NCBI RefSeq assembly: GCF_023055435.1
Contig: NW_025963890.1
Coordinates: 7,378,001-7,442,000, forward strand
From: Haliotis rufescens
Lineage: Eukaryota
Length of the DNA: 64,000 nucleotides
Direction of reading: 5' to 3'
Shown here: positions 13,673-27,600 of the stretch, one piece after another
Layout: every line of letters begins with the position of its first letter
Numbering within the stretch: position 1 is the stretch's first letter
Notes under the pieces: generated by a model
Told to the model about the DNA's origin: nothing
What the model saw: only the letters and a program-made list of their open reading frames with translations
Database searches by the model: none
Made by a program: the position numbers and the translations under genes

Positions 13673-14779
13673 CTCACAAACTATTTCTCTGAAACATCTC
13701 CGCGCACAATGTTATCTGAAACACCTCCAAATCATCCACTGTTGCTACATAAGGATCTTTTCTTACATCACGTGATTGTTTTGGCTGTCGTTTGACTTTT
13801 CGTGCATAAGATGTTCGTGTTTTCTTAATCACACCAAACTTCAATAGTCTGCCAATCGTAACGCCTCGGCGTTTGGCTGTTATGTAAACACAGCTCAATG
13901 AGGTGTGATAGCTCAGTGTTATGTCATCTCAATACCCCGTGATTGATGTCACTGCTGCGGAGATAACTATGTTCTGGCAGTAAGTAATTGAGAAATCCCT
14001 ATCAAAATATTTTGCTGAAATGAACTCAGTGTCTCTTCATTTGCATGACATATGTGTGGTCACTGACAGTGTCACTGCAGAAGGACTGCTCCAGTTAACA
14101 TATACACCGAGGTGACTTTCAGATCTTATAAAAAGGTACGTAGTCATCATGAACCATTGTTCACATTATGATCTTCTGGCTTGTTGCTGTACATTTTCTC
14201 ATTAAATCTTCAAACGCTCATTTTAAATCTCCGTCCAGGCATTTTGAATCTTCTCTAGAAGGAAGGGCGATAGCCGAATGGACGGGGTCGGTGTGTAAAT
14301 GTGACATCATCAGCAGATACTTCTATGTCACCTGCTCTTGACTGACCCACGGCAGGGATCTCAATCTAATCTTTTTGACGTTAAGTGGGAGTCCCATTTG
14401 GTAAACTTATAAGGTAAGTTATACCCTGGTTATTTGGACGACTGAGTCAAGACAACATCGATACAAAGGCTGCGGGAACACCTAATATAACTTTAGACCG
14501 TATTAAATTATCACCCTCATAATCAGGGTTTTGTGTCAGTACGCTTGATGTCGTAGAAGTTTACATGATAAATGTGTACGGAGAGTTGTGTGGGTTCGAA
14601 TCCCGGATGGAACTCAACCCCTAAAAGTACTAGAATCTGTACTTTACTAAGAAGGTGTTATCCCAAACATACATGTGTTGCATTAACAGTTGTTTTATGT
14701 AATTTATATGAAGATTTTGTAAGTTTTGTGTCGTCATTTATCTATCAATTCCCTCACGCAGGTCGGCCGAGATCGGGTG

Positions 14780-14849
14780 ATGGAATCGACACAACTCGAT
14801 GATTTTGATGCCGAAGTGTGGAGCTGTTTCCGTGACAACGACGTGAAAG
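14780..14849 (+). CDS. Uncharacterised coiled-coil protein (266 aa), coding exon 1 of 4
   Basis: Acceptor cacgcag at 14761; ATG 14780; MESTQLDDFDAEVWSCFRDNDVK; donor AG|gtatac, phase 1. Confidence 0.65.
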
Positions 14850-15098
14850 GTATACAACGATAAGGCCAAAAGACCCAGTGTGCATAACTGGAAGCGCTCG
14901 TAGAATCCCTTAGAAGCCAGTCAATCAAACGTATCCTTCCTTAATTGTCATCGTGTCAGTGTAATCAGGTGGTACTCAATTGTACATTCTTTTGTCATTT
15001 TCACTCAGTTGTCAATATAAAGGAAAGGTTCCAACTGGACATAATACATTTCACTTCATTCATACACAACGATGAAATATGAATTGTCATTTTTTCAG

Positions 15099-15266
15099 AA
15101 TTCACCAGTTCGCCTCCTGAAACTGGCTTGATTAGACCAATTCCAGTTCGCCTTGAACCGCCATTCCCTTGGGATTGTGGGATCGAATTCGATGCTATAC
15201 ATACATTTGAAACTGCACCAAAGAGGTTTTCGGCATTTATCCCAGTTTCTAAAACTGCTGACAGAG
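15099..15266 (+). CDS. Uncharacterised coiled-coil protein, exon 2
   Basis: tttttcag acceptor; open phase 1 to 1 (EFTSSPPETGLIRPIPV..RFSAFIPVSKTADR); donor AG|gtaagt. Confidence 0.7.
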
Positions 15267-15508
15267 GTAAGTCACGGAAGCCTTTTAGGGCCATTTGTTG
15301 TTTTTTTAAATACTAAGTTGAATTACTAACTTGAAAATTCAAGATGTTAGTTGTTGATTCAAGCATAAGTCTCACCTATTTTCAAACTTTCGATTCGGTC
15401 GTGTTCATTTATCATGCAATAATCTTTAGAGCGAGAAAGCTTTATCAAAATCATGATTCGAAATATGGTTTCAACTGCGATAAATTATTGACATGTTCTT
15501 TGTTATAG

Positions 15509-15611
15509 CTGTCGGAAACCCTGGTTCTTTCGAGAAAGCTCAACCGACACTGCAACCTCTAATTGTCAAGGACACGCACCCAAGTCTGCAAAGGTCCATT
15601 TACTGTAAAAG
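15509..15611 (+). CDS. Uncharacterised coiled-coil protein, exon 3 (GC donor)
   Basis: ttctttgttatag acceptor; open frame AVGNPGSFEKAQ..SIYCK; donor AAG|gcaagt gives phase 2, matching exon 4. Confidence 0.65.
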
Positions 15612-16109
15612 GCAAGTGCTTTAATTTAACAAAACAACATTTATTTTTGGGATTGACTTGGACTTTTTACAGAGACGGGATGATGTTATCGGTTCAACGT
15701 TTTGTGGGGTAAAACCTGAAGCAAATAAAACGTGAAGTCTTAACATATTGTTTATGTTATACTTTAAAGTTAACCCAACATATGGCTAATATACACACGT
15801 GTGACCTTAACGTACACAGATGCTTTATGTCTTGGTGCTGGTTAGAATGAGGATGTTGGTCGTTCCAATTGGTATGGGACGCTGCGCATGCTGTCAACCA
15901 ATCATTGATGATGATAATGATGATGTTGTAGATTTAACGAGCGCTTCCGGTGTAGCCGATTTCGCACTCGGAACCAATCATTTGTTTCGTTATGACTCGA
16001 TTACAGTATTTAAAGTCGACCGTGATATAGCTGAAATATTGCTGACTGGTGGAAAATAACACCCACTGACGTCATACAACCGCCTAATAACACTTTTGTC
16101 TTTCATCAG

Positions 16110-16569
16110 TGACCCTGTCGAGGCAGAAGTGTCGGACCTGCTGCAGAGGCTGACCACTACTCAGGCCGAACTGGACAGTGTACGAGACGATCTCACAGAC
16201 GCCCGACTCAATGCCCAGTGCCTTGAGCTGATGAACAAACACCTGACGACAAAACTTCAGCTGATGGAGACAGAGAAGGAGAACCTTAAGGAGAATGTTG
16301 ATGATCTGAAAAAGGAGAGTGAATGGTTGAAGTTAGAACTGAAGCGGACACAAGATGCAAGACGGCATTGCGGAAAGCCAGATGAACACGTGGATGTCAA
16401 ACGATTCCAGCAGGCGCCTGCTGCAAGTGACAAAAAGTACCCTATGGATGGGAAAAGTGCATTGTCCAATGATCTGGCTAGTGCAAAGGACAGTGTCGAA
16501 CCTAAAACGAAAAAGAAGAAATTTGTTCTGAAACAGCTCAGAAAAGCCTTTAGGAAGATAACTAGGTGA
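16110..16569 (+). CDS. Uncharacterised coiled-coil protein, exon 4 (terminal)
   Basis: ttttgtctttcatcag acceptor; heptad-rich VSDLLQRLTTTQAELDSVRDDL..LKLELKR; basic C-terminus; TGA. Confidence 0.8.
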
Positions 16570-18304
16570 AACGAAGAACTACACTATCCACTGTGATGCA
16601 GTTATGCCAGTTGTACTCATATTACTGTTTGTTATTATTTATGTTATAAAATATATTCCAAATTGACTTGTTTGAGTTTTGTTTCATCAAAGAACTGTAG
16701 CGGTATAAATTGTAGTCAGCTGAGCTTTACTGAAGATAGTACTGCTGAATGATTGTTTGTTTGTTGTTTAACGCCGCACTCAGCAATATTCCAGCTCTAT
16801 GACGGCGGTCTGTACATAATCGAGTCTGGATCAGATAATCCACGCAATTGGGCACGAGGCGACTAACGGGATCGGGTGGTCAAGCTCGCTGACTTGCATG
16901 TCATCGTATCCCAAATGCGTAGATCAATGCTCATGATGTCAATCACTGGATTGTCTGGTCCAGACTCTATTTTTTACAGACCGCCATATTTAGTTGGAAT
17001 ATTGCTGAGTGCGGGATTGAACAATAAACAAACAAACAAAGCATTTCCGCGGCAATGCTCACCTTCCCCATGCGTACATGTATGTAAATACATGTTCAAG
17101 TCAACGAAGTCGCTGTTTTGAGAACAATGATGACAATGTTTCTTTTACCTAGGATCTAAAGGTGCCTTTTCGTTGACATATGATCTTTTATATATCTTCA
17201 GTATATACTTCCAGCTTCTAAACATTTTGTATACAGTATCTATTTTACTTTTGTCCAAGTTAATGAGCATAACATATAAAGCCATATTTAAATATACGAG
17301 GTTTCGTCATGTCGCCGTTGTGCTGTTATACTTTAGGGCGTCGTGAGTCAAGAGAAGTCCTATTTTCACACAACACATTGACTTGAGTTGATAAGAATCA
17401 CGAAAAAAGGTTTTATTGCAAAAAAAACCAACATCGTTTAGATAACAGAAGAAAATATGTTACAGAGGGTAAGTGCTGTCCATGCTAAACAGGAAGTTGG
17501 TAGGTAGTAACTTTACCATTTTCTTGTAAAAAATACATTGATACAAATATCCGTATAGCCCAATAGCCTAATCAAGCTAAAAAATATATATTAAAAATGC
17601 ACTGTATTATATAAAAAAAACGTCGTTTTAATGCTGAAAAGGATTTAGTTTTCGATTCGTCCCTGTCTCGCCAAATGACATCAAAAGTGAAAATAAAAAA
17701 TATTAAACTTTTTATTGAGTGTCCTATATTCATATTGTAAAGATTATGGCCCGGAAGCCCTTCGGTTCAGGATGTACGACAGATTTAGTTCAAAATATTT
17801 ATTAAAACGGCCAAAAACGGGTGAAATCAAACGTTTTACTGCCCAGCAAGAAAATGGTACGTTACGCTGAAGGTTGCCGCCAATATACAGCATGGACAAT
17901 GCGCTTTAGCATAACGTGTATCCATTGGATACATACAAACATTAAAAATGAAATTTAATGAAGTGGGGTAAGAGAAAACAAAATGAAAAATAACATCTGC
18001 TTCGTGATATGCGAGGTTTATTTCAGGACCAAATATTTGTACCTGTTCGGAAAGAAAATCAACACAACGAGTGAAAGATTAAATGAGAGAAATTAAATTG
18101 GTCACAACATTAAGATTCTATTTATTTATATTAAAAAATATTGCCCTTTGCCATGTTTGCACCGACCAGGAACCATCATCATAAACTGGTTCCATTGTTG
18201 GTATGCGACATCAAATGTTTAAACGAGCACAAGTATGTAGTGGAAATGATGCAGCAAGAGAGTTACCTTCCTTGTGCTGTCGCTAGGTGTCAGTGGCATC
18301 CAAT

Positions 18305-18387
18305 ATGGCTGCACCCTTGAAGCCGTGGGAAAGAGCTGGTGTTAACAGTCAAAATCCAGGCCCTGCTCCTGTCAACAGCATGTCTGG
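18305..18387 (+). CDS. PEX13: Peroxisomal membrane protein PEX13, exon 1
   Basis: MAAPLKPWER contains the conserved PEX13 KPWE motif; donor GG|gtaggt, phase 2. Confidence 0.9.
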
Positions 18388-19558
18388 GTAGGTAGCAATA
18401 ACATGTACATATATCTGCATCAAAAGTACGGGTTGACACATGATATTTTGTCTCAATAATGAGTATAAACCCACACTGGACTTTGGCCATGACGGTGGTT
18501 GCCCACGATCAGTCACTATGCTACTGTGACTGAGTAGGTCAAACGTAAATGAATTTTTGTTTATCACCACAGTCAAACAGAAAATGCCCAGGTAGACTTG
18601 CCATGAAGGAGTGCAGTGGATCAAACTTTCGCAATGAGTGATTGAATGTGACACTGGTATCGTTTCCTGTAGCGCTTTGATAAGAATACATTTTACCGGA
18701 CACTTTCCGCTCAGTCTGATTCTGAGCATGATTCCATTATAAATTATTCTGTATTCACGCAATTATAATGATTACGACCTTCGCGAACTGAGCTGAATGT
18801 CTGCTAGGATACAGGGAGACGTGGAGGAACTATAATTTCGCCTGAAAAGTGCCCGTCAAAACCAGATTTAACCAGAAACAATGGCACCGAAACAGTTGAT
18901 TATCTCATACTCTTATCACATTAACTTATCCTGATAAGAAAGTTGTTTTAACAATGCAATTTTTTCAAGGTATGTTTCAGGAAATTAACAGTCCTAGCCC
19001 GACCCAATAAGTGTACTTCCTCGATTACATCCCCGGCATTTAATCGCAAAGATAATAGTGGGGAGAATTCCATGCATAACAACTACCTGTTGTTTAATTC
19101 AGACCCAGCATTTATTCAAGCCATCTGTTTAATCGAGGAGATACAGTGAATGAATATGCTTGAATACCTCACCAAAGCATCTTTACAATGTCATGCTTAT
19201 CTGTGTCATGTTTTCTTGTATTTAGCTTAAAGAATATTGCTTTGAGGTCATACTGTCATCTCTTAGAGGTATCACGATGTATATAGATGAAACAGACAAT
19301 AACTATTCTGCGGTTGGCAATGACATTCAAGATCCTCCTTACAATTTTGTTTAGCCAGTTGCACTGACTGGAATTACACTAGCAACAGTTTTATGAATTG
19401 CTGCACAGACTTATGTGATACCATGCAGGTCCATCAGATAGTGACGGTGTGAAGCAAAAGGCAGAGATTTACCACAAAAACATGTAAATATTTAAGATTG
19501 GCTTAACTTTTGTGTATATAAAGGTATCTTTTTGATTATTGAACTTTACTGTTTTTAG

Positions 19559-20250
19559 GAGCCCACCTGCACCCTGCTGTGTTCAGGGCACAACCAGTGC
19601 CCCACCCCCAGTTCCAGCCCGCCCCGCCCAGAGTACAATCGGAGCCCGCCCCTATGCAGGAGGGTATGGTATGGGGAGCTCAATGGGTTACAGCCCTTAC
19701 TCCTCCTATGGTGGTGGGTTATACAACAGCCCATATAGCTCCTATGGCAGCTATGGGTACGGAGGTTATGGAGGAGGTTACAATCGATTCGGTGGTAACC
19801 AGGATTCAATGAGCGGATTTGCCCGCCATGCAGAGGAGAACTCTCGGCCAGCTTTCCAGGCTATTGAGAGTGTTGTGAGTGCAGTCAGCTCTGTAGGAAT
19901 GATGATGGACTCGACTTTCCAGGCAGTGTATAACTCTTTCCGGGCTGTGATCGGTGTGGCTGACAACATGTCCAGACTGAAGAGTCAGCTGGTTTCTGTG
20001 ATATCTGCTTTAGCTTTCATTCGGACCCTTAAATACATCTACAGGCGTTTCTTGGAACTGCTCCGTCTGCGACCACCAGGTCATGCAGCCCAGGCCTGGA
20101 ATGATGCTGTGTTCCAGGCTGCAGCCAACATGGCCCCTGGGGAACCCTCTCCCAAGAACAGTGCCTGGCCAATTATCATGTTCTTCAGCATCATCATGGG
20201 AGGTCCCTGGCTTATCTGGAAGGTCATCAGGTCCTTCTCAGATGGCAGTG
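19559..20250 (+). CDS. PEX13: PEX13 exon 2
   Basis: Y/G-rich region, then AEENSRPAFQAIESVV..MMDSTFQAVYNSFRAVIGVA and the TM segment WPIIMFFSIIMGGPWLIWK. Confidence 0.97.
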
Positions 20251-21154
20251 GTATGTATTTCATTAAATCATTATGCCTTTTGTAATATTCATCTTTCTTA
20301 TCAGGGGGCACGGATGGCCCAGTCGTCTAAGACGCCATGATTTGCTGTGCAGAGTTGCGTCATTGGCTAGCCAGAAACCTATGATTGTGGGTTCGAATCC
20401 TGGTTCGCCTCAATTATGTTTCTAGGTTTGTCAGCACCATACCCATGCTCCTGGATTTCACCGAAGTGGTAAACGTCTGAGACCAGCATCACTTCGGGCT
20501 ATCCTCCCACATTAAGCTGACACGCCGTGATATAACTGGAATACTGTTAAAAGCGGTGTTAAACCCAACTCTCTCACACTCTTTCTTATCAATGCATTAC
20601 TGTTAATGTTGTCATGGCAGTGTTGTGAAGTACACAGTTTCAAGGCAATTATTGGGTTAAAAAGTAATTGGTGATCAATGATGGAGATGATAAAGGGAAG
20701 AGTGAGTGAAAATTGTTTACATCGCAGTCAGCAATATTCCAGCTGCATCACTGTGGCCTGTAAGGGTACTGGTAATAATCAACCTGTTCATGCTGACTAG
20801 GGAAAAAAAAATAACTGAAGGCATGGGCAACAATTTACAATCAAGCCAAATGAAAAAATGAGTAGAGGGCGTAACATGTTTGCGAGACAACTGAGAGACG
20901 GTCACTTGTATGTGTGATTAGGAGCATGATTATGTGATTTCTCACTATACATGTTAAAAGCAATGATCAAAATCATAAAATTGTAAAACTTAGACATTCT
21001 GTTTCATTGATTATTTTTATTTCTACTTGTGTTAAATTAGAATGAGTGTCCTATATCTTGTTAATAGTTGTTATCGTGTATGTAAGTGCTGTAGATAATT
21101 GCCAACTAGGAAATATTATACACCTGTACATCATTAATACCTTGCTGCATGCAG

Positions 21155-21283
21155 TCGAGAGCAACAGCTGGGCAAATGGGGACGAGGATCACTTTGTTGC
21201 CCGAGCTGAGCATGACTTCCGTGCGAGCAACAACACTGAAATATCCTTCACTGCTGGACAGATGATCAACATTGCTCCTAAAG
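21155..21283 (+). CDS. PEX13: PEX13 exon 3 (SH3 N-terminal half)
   Basis: WANGDEDHFVARAEHDF..EISFTAGQMINIAPK; phase 1 to 1. Confidence 0.95.
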
Positions 21284-21424
21284 GTTGGTGTGCATTCTTT
21301 TGTTTCACTTGCTTTTTGTGCCTGTAGTTTCAAATTTGTACAAGTCCTTATGGCCTGCTGTAAATATATGTGTCGATTAATTTGTCCCAATGAGGTGCAT
21401 TTTTTTAAATGAGGGCCTGAAGAG

Positions 21425-21917
21425 TAGTGGTGTCACGATAAATCGAAATATCGATATATTGCTATTGGTAAGCACTCAAAGTCAATAAATCGATTGTTAA
21501 GTCAGTTTCCGATCAATAGTATCGATTTCAGTTAGGAATATCGATAGTTTCGATTGTATTTACGATATCAATAAAATACATGCAATGCTATTAAATATTG
21601 TTTTTCTTTTGATCATGAGTGGTAGTAATTTACACATGGTAATGTGGAAGTTTCTTTTTCTTAAATTATTAGGGTAAAGAAAAAACAAATCAGTCGTATC
21701 TCAGACTTTACTTTTTATTTGTTATTATGGTTATCACATTCAAAGGAAACTTCAGATCCAAGGTTTAATTCAACTCTAAAATCCATCTGAAATGATACAC
21801 TGAAAACTATCGATATTTATTGCAATAGTTGCTTGCAATATCAATTGTTATCGCACTAGTTTCTGTCAATATCAATAGTTATCGCAATAGTGATTTCCAG
21901 ACCAATAGTCACCCCTA
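21425..21917. mobile_element. Non-autonomous hAT-type MITE, copy 2 (PEX13 intron 3)
   Basis: Closely similar to 3102-3580; perfect 8-bp TSD ctgaagag. Confidence 0.9.
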
Positions 21918-24216
21918 CTGAAGAGTTTAGCCAGGACCTGCAGCTTCTAAAGTCTGTGGGTCCTGATGGCAGCCTGGCAATTTCTTTTTATATTTCTAAG
22001 TTCTAACACTGCCAGGCATACAAACAAGATAGTTTAAGATCATTCTTTGTCTATTATTTTATGTTCCCCAGAGCATGCAGTGTACATTCTCGTGATTGCG
22101 GAGATCTCATTTAAAACAAAATAAGACATACACTTATTACTTAGTGAATAAAGCCCAATTCGTTTAGTGTTGTCCACAGATATTTGCAGACAGCACTGAG
22201 AGTTTGGTTTGGGGACAAATCACAGGTAGGGTGGTGGGAATGGCTACAGGAATTGAATGTGTGGAAAATTAGTTGAAAGCAAGCTGGAAGATAAAACTTT
22301 TAGAACTGTTACAGTCTCAAGGATTATCCTGAAAGTTTTGCCCCTGGTCCAAAGCAATGATATTTAGATATGATAATTATATTTTGCTAATTATCAGATA
22401 TTTCCTCTTTTGCTAATTATCATTATCATGCAGGAGACAACAATCTGCCATTATCAAATTTCAATGTGTGTTTAGATTGTAATTGTCTATATTTAAGTGA
22501 TAAGACATGAAATAATGACTGTTGTAAATGGTGTAACAGTTTGCTGATATTTTATGACACACACTGCTTTTTTCAGTTCGCTCTCTATTTCATCGGTAGT
22601 GTGTGCCGTATCGAAGGCAATATTGTTGAATTTCCAGTTTTTTAGTGGTGACCGTTCATAATATTTTCGTTATACAATGAATATTATACCAGGTTCAGGC
22701 TTTTGTTATGCCCCTGGCGAATATGGCGAATAACATCAAAAATATGATTGTCTGTGAACTGAAATTTGTATATCATTATGGAGAAAGAGTTGTAGGTAAA
22801 TCCATTTATATTTTGTCTTGTCATTCCAAAATCTAAATTTGTGTCTGTTTTTAAAACTTTACCCATGATTGTTTTCTTTCCTTGATTTATGGAAAGATTT
22901 AAGTGACCAAAAATATGTTTAAATACACTTTGGTGTTGTAGAGCACTGTTTTAAACGAAATAAGACTTTGGTCCGCTACCAAAGTGTTTGTTGTAAAAAC
23001 AAACACTTGTTTTGTCAATCCCTGCAGTGTGTGCGTGTTTGTCATGCTTGACTGGCCTGTTCATCAGATTTGCATAATAAGGGCTTGATTTAAGGAACTT
23101 GATTTAACTTGCACCCATCTTCCAGAGGCAAGGGAGTTACAAGACTACAATAGTCAAGTTTCCAGCCTTGCTGAACTAGACTGGAATTTTGGAATTATTT
23201 GGCTGGACTAACAGGTCTATAGCATGGTCCAATCAGAATCTTGTAACAAAGTCGACATCCTGTTCATAAACAACGGTCAATTGCGGGATTTGCTAAGCAT
23301 GGGTACCTTCAACTGGGCGTCAACAGATGTTTTCCAACTCTTTTTTTGTTTTTAATCAAAGTGCTCGAGTGTTGTGCTACAATACACAAACTCTGGGTGT
23401 CTGTGAGGCAGGGAATGTGAAACTTTTCCTCGATCAACTTGATGGTTGTCTTGACTGGGCGCCGCCATTTTGTTTCAAGCAAATACAAGTGATAACAGAG
23501 TTGGGCTTGCATGTCTAGTCATTGAAGATTGGTCGTGACTTCGCCACTATTTTAAATAGTATAACATTGTGAGAGGGCCCATCCTCTGTATCTCCAGGGC
23601 CCGCTTGTCGGTAAACGTACACTAACATCTGGACCCATGCCCGTGCTTCCCGCAATCTTAAATTACCGGCCTTAAGTTTCCTTATGACAATTTGATTGGC
23701 TACTCTTTCCGTCTAACATAACAATCAGAATGTGGGTTACAAACTAGTCTCAATGTTGGGTTGGTGATAATAACAACATAGCGTCCAGTCCCAATGATTA
23801 CGATAAAGTTTGCGAGAAATTCAACGTTGAAAAACAGACAGACACTCAAAAGAAAGTCCTCAAAAATCTTTTTGATGGAAAGGATGTCTATATGTTCATC
23901 TAAACTAGCAGTGGCTTTGGTTTCTAGGCAAATATGAGTTACCTCCCTTACACATTTTCCTTTTCCTCATCTCGACGTTTCATTGGTCGGTAAAATGTTG
24001 ATGAAAATCAAGATCAGGTAATGTAAGATCCATGAAAACCATGATCCGTGAATGGTTCCAAGGGTTAGTGTAGGTTTACCAAAATGCGAGCCCTGTAATA
24101 AGAGGAATGATAAGGAACAGACTAGTTAATTACTCATTCAGTAAAAAATTCTGTGAGTATGCACCAATCGCCAGCTTTGCAAGTCTGAGATAATACCTTG
24201 TGTTTGTGTTTTGCAG

Positions 24217-24602
24217 AGATGCAGCCCAAGGTAAGAGGATGGCTACTTGGATGTGCAGATGGAAGCAATACGGGGCTGTTGCCAGCAAACTATTTGAAAG
24301 TATTGGGAAAAAGAAGAGGAAAGAAATACCAGACCCCCACCCCCCAGGGTGTCCCAGCCCCACCAGCCAGCATCACCCCATCAGAAAGTGCTTTCTCCCT
24401 TACTGGGCCCACACCTAGTTCCACAACCTTGAACTCTGTACCAGAAAGTAACCTTGACACTGTCTTCAATGAGGCAACTTCTGCAGAGCTGGATGCATCC
24501 GATATTTTAGACAAATGTGGTTCCGAGGGCAATGACTGTGAATGTCCTTCCGTGTCTCAGCCTGTGCCTACAAAGGACTGCTGTGCTGGCAAGTCAACGT
24601 GA
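24217..24602 (+). CDS. PEX13: PEX13 exon 4 (SH3 C-terminal half and tail)
   Basis: QPKVRGWLL..TGLLPANYLKVLGKRRG; total CDS 1290 nt = 429 aa; AATAAA near 24733. Confidence 0.95.
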
Positions 24603-27600
24603 AGATCCACAATGGATTGTTTTATTTGATTTGTACATATGCAAATCTGTAAGATTTGTTAATGTTTGTAAATTATGATTTTTTTAATATATATTAATAA
24701 TGCTCCTCAGCAAGAAATAATAATTTCCAATTAATAAAAACAGGTGCGGTTTGTTATGTTAATCATCTGTGCTGCTTATTTCAGTACTTCAGCAGGCAAA
24801 GAAGCTTTCCCTTTACTGCTGTTTCAAACCCCCTCAAATGGGAGATGTTCTCAGTTTATCACCTTGATTATATGATAAACTTTGTTTCTCACTCTTTGCT
24901 TAAGAGCTGGAAACAGTCATGTTTGTTGTCATCATGATGGTATCAAATGGCATCAATATTAGTATCGCATTTTTAGCTCACCTGACTGAAAGTCAAGTGT
25001 ATTTATGTCTGTTGACTGTCTGTCCCATTGTCTGTTTGTCAAAGATGGAACTTTGTGTAAATGATCTCAGCTATGGTGTCGCTACATATTTGTTCGCATA
25101 ATTCTGATACAATATCAAACATGGCCACCATGCTGGCCATATTTAGAAACTAATTAGTGGCTATTGATCGGCCATCAGTTTTCAAAATGTATTGAAATGT
25201 GGCATACATGTAGTTCGTAGTGGGGCCAAAGCGTAAAAGTTGATGTCGCAAAAGTGAAAATGCTGTCATGCAAACTTTGGAAACCATATCTCAGACCCCA
25301 CAGCACACTTGCTTGCCACCATGTTATCTGCATACATTGGGCAGGAATGGCAAAGAGCAGTCGAAAGAAATGGTTCGAGCAACATCCCACCCAGAACAGA
25401 CACTGAAGTTGTTGGTAGGATGATGAAGACAAAGTTTGATCATCATTCACCTTTTGATATAGGAGAAAATAGTCAAACAAGTTCAAGCAGACCCAAACTG
25501 TCCCCGGACAACCAGTCAGCATTTTTGCGTTTTTGACTAGTGTGTCTGTTACCCCTTGGCTGGTCTCAGTCATAGAGGCAAGAGCTACAGGTCTCCAGTA
25601 TCTCAAAAGGGGCCCCATTCTCCTCTGTCCCTGTTAACCTTGAAACTGACCATTGCAGTTATATTTTATCAGTACTGGTATTTGAAAATTCAAATTTATG
25701 ATTTCAATAAATATTATTTTTATATCTTGTTCTCCAGAACCACTTTGCACAGGACTCAAACTTTGTGTGAATGTCATGACCGTAAGGTGATCAACGTTTG
25801 TTCAAGGCATCACTATTTGCACCCGTCCTTGTCCTAAACTATGTCACAAAAATACTTTTATTTCTTTTTCCCAGAATCTTTTCTATAACTCACGAAATTA
25901 AGGTTGTGAAATTCCAACTTCATAAAGTGAGGTGAGCTACAGTCTTGAGGCTTGATTTTTATCATTTTATTGCCTTAGTTAACATAGATCAGCAAGGGAG
26001 TTTTGAAGCTGTAATCTGGGTTTTATCCACAAATTTTGTCTCTAAAGGTATGCAATATGTATATGTATATGTATGCTGGTATCATAAGATTTTCGTTCAG
26101 ATTGACAACATCTACTCTAGACACTACATATGTTGTGCTCTCCTGTGCACATGCTGCATATAATTATACATTGAAATTTTGTTTGATTTAAAATCTGCCT
26201 ACCCTATTTTGGTTGATCTGAAATCATGAACACTCATGTATTTTTGGGGCCTGTTGTGAATGTCCAGGAAAAGCATGCTACATATTTTGGTCACTTACAG
26301 AGTCCTGAGCTCCACACAGTACTGATGAAGATGCTGTCAGTACTGTGTGGAGCTGAGACAAGCAGGAATTGTACATTGGCCTGGGCCTAGTACATCTTAA
26401 AAAACAATTGAACATTTTATGTGATGTTGGAGATCAATTTTCAGGAAACACATTTCCAAATGTCAAAGTATATTCTGGATTTATTGCATTTTGATATATT
26501 TGACACTTAAATAACTTTGTAGCTAAAAACATTGATTTTTCATGAGCTCACTGGCAGTTATTAAATAGTAACCAGCTGATGACAGTGTATTGGGATTGTG
26601 ACATATTTTATTTATATACCTTGATTATGAATCTGATTCTGTGGAGTTTTCATTAAATTGAATGAAACAGCTGCTCTGACAAACCTCCCAATGCTGCTTA
26701 TTTTACTAAGCGTCATTTTATTAAAATATTACATCAGATATTGTGTTTTGTGTTTTATTCGATGATACAGCTGAACAATGGTTGTGATCTTGGATAGGAA
26801 CATTTTTTCTTCAAAATGAGTTTTCTATTATTCAGTTACTGATAATGGTACATTATTGTATCATAGATGCTTGCAATATACTATTAACTTTGAAATATGG
26901 GGCACAGGTGGCCCAAACATCTAAGGTGCCGCAATTTGCTGTACAGAGTTGTCGGTTTGGCACACCAGAAACCAATGATCATGGGTTTGAATCCTGGTTC
27001 ACCCTGATTATGTTTCTAGATTTCAGCACCATTCACAGCTGACACGTTTGTGAAATACTGGTCAAAGTGAAGTTAAACCCATCTCTCACTCACTCACTCA
27101 CTCACTCACTCTATGCTTGTCGTAAGAGGCGACTAAAGGGATCAGGTGGTCAGACTCGCTGACTTGGTTGATGCATGTCATCGATCTTAATTGCATGGAC
27201 CGATGCTCATGATGTCAATCACTGGATTGTCATATAGCGACGTTAAACTACAAACAAACAAAACCCCGGGAGTGCTTATAACCACCTTCATTAGAGTAGC
27301 TAGAGGCGTGGGACTTTCTTTTTCCATGGTGTACTGCATGGGCTCATGTATTCCCAATTCTTAAATGATGTCACTAGACCGGAAGTGCACCCCTTGTTTG
27401 TCATACGGTAGCTAAACAGAAAAGGAATGGGACTGTTTATATTAAAGTTACACTGCATTAGACATGTGTTTGTCCAAACCAGAAGTGTTGTCATTACAAG
27501 GGAAGTGCTTATATCTTTGTCATTGTAGTTGGTTGGTTGGTTGGTTGGTTGATTTGTTGTTTTACGCCGCACTCAGCAATATTCCAGCTATATGACTGCA

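Noticed and set aside
18881-18934. Alternative PEX13 start ATGGCACCGAAA
   Set aside because: Runs into a stop and lacks the KPWE motif; the exon at 18305 fits both motif and phase
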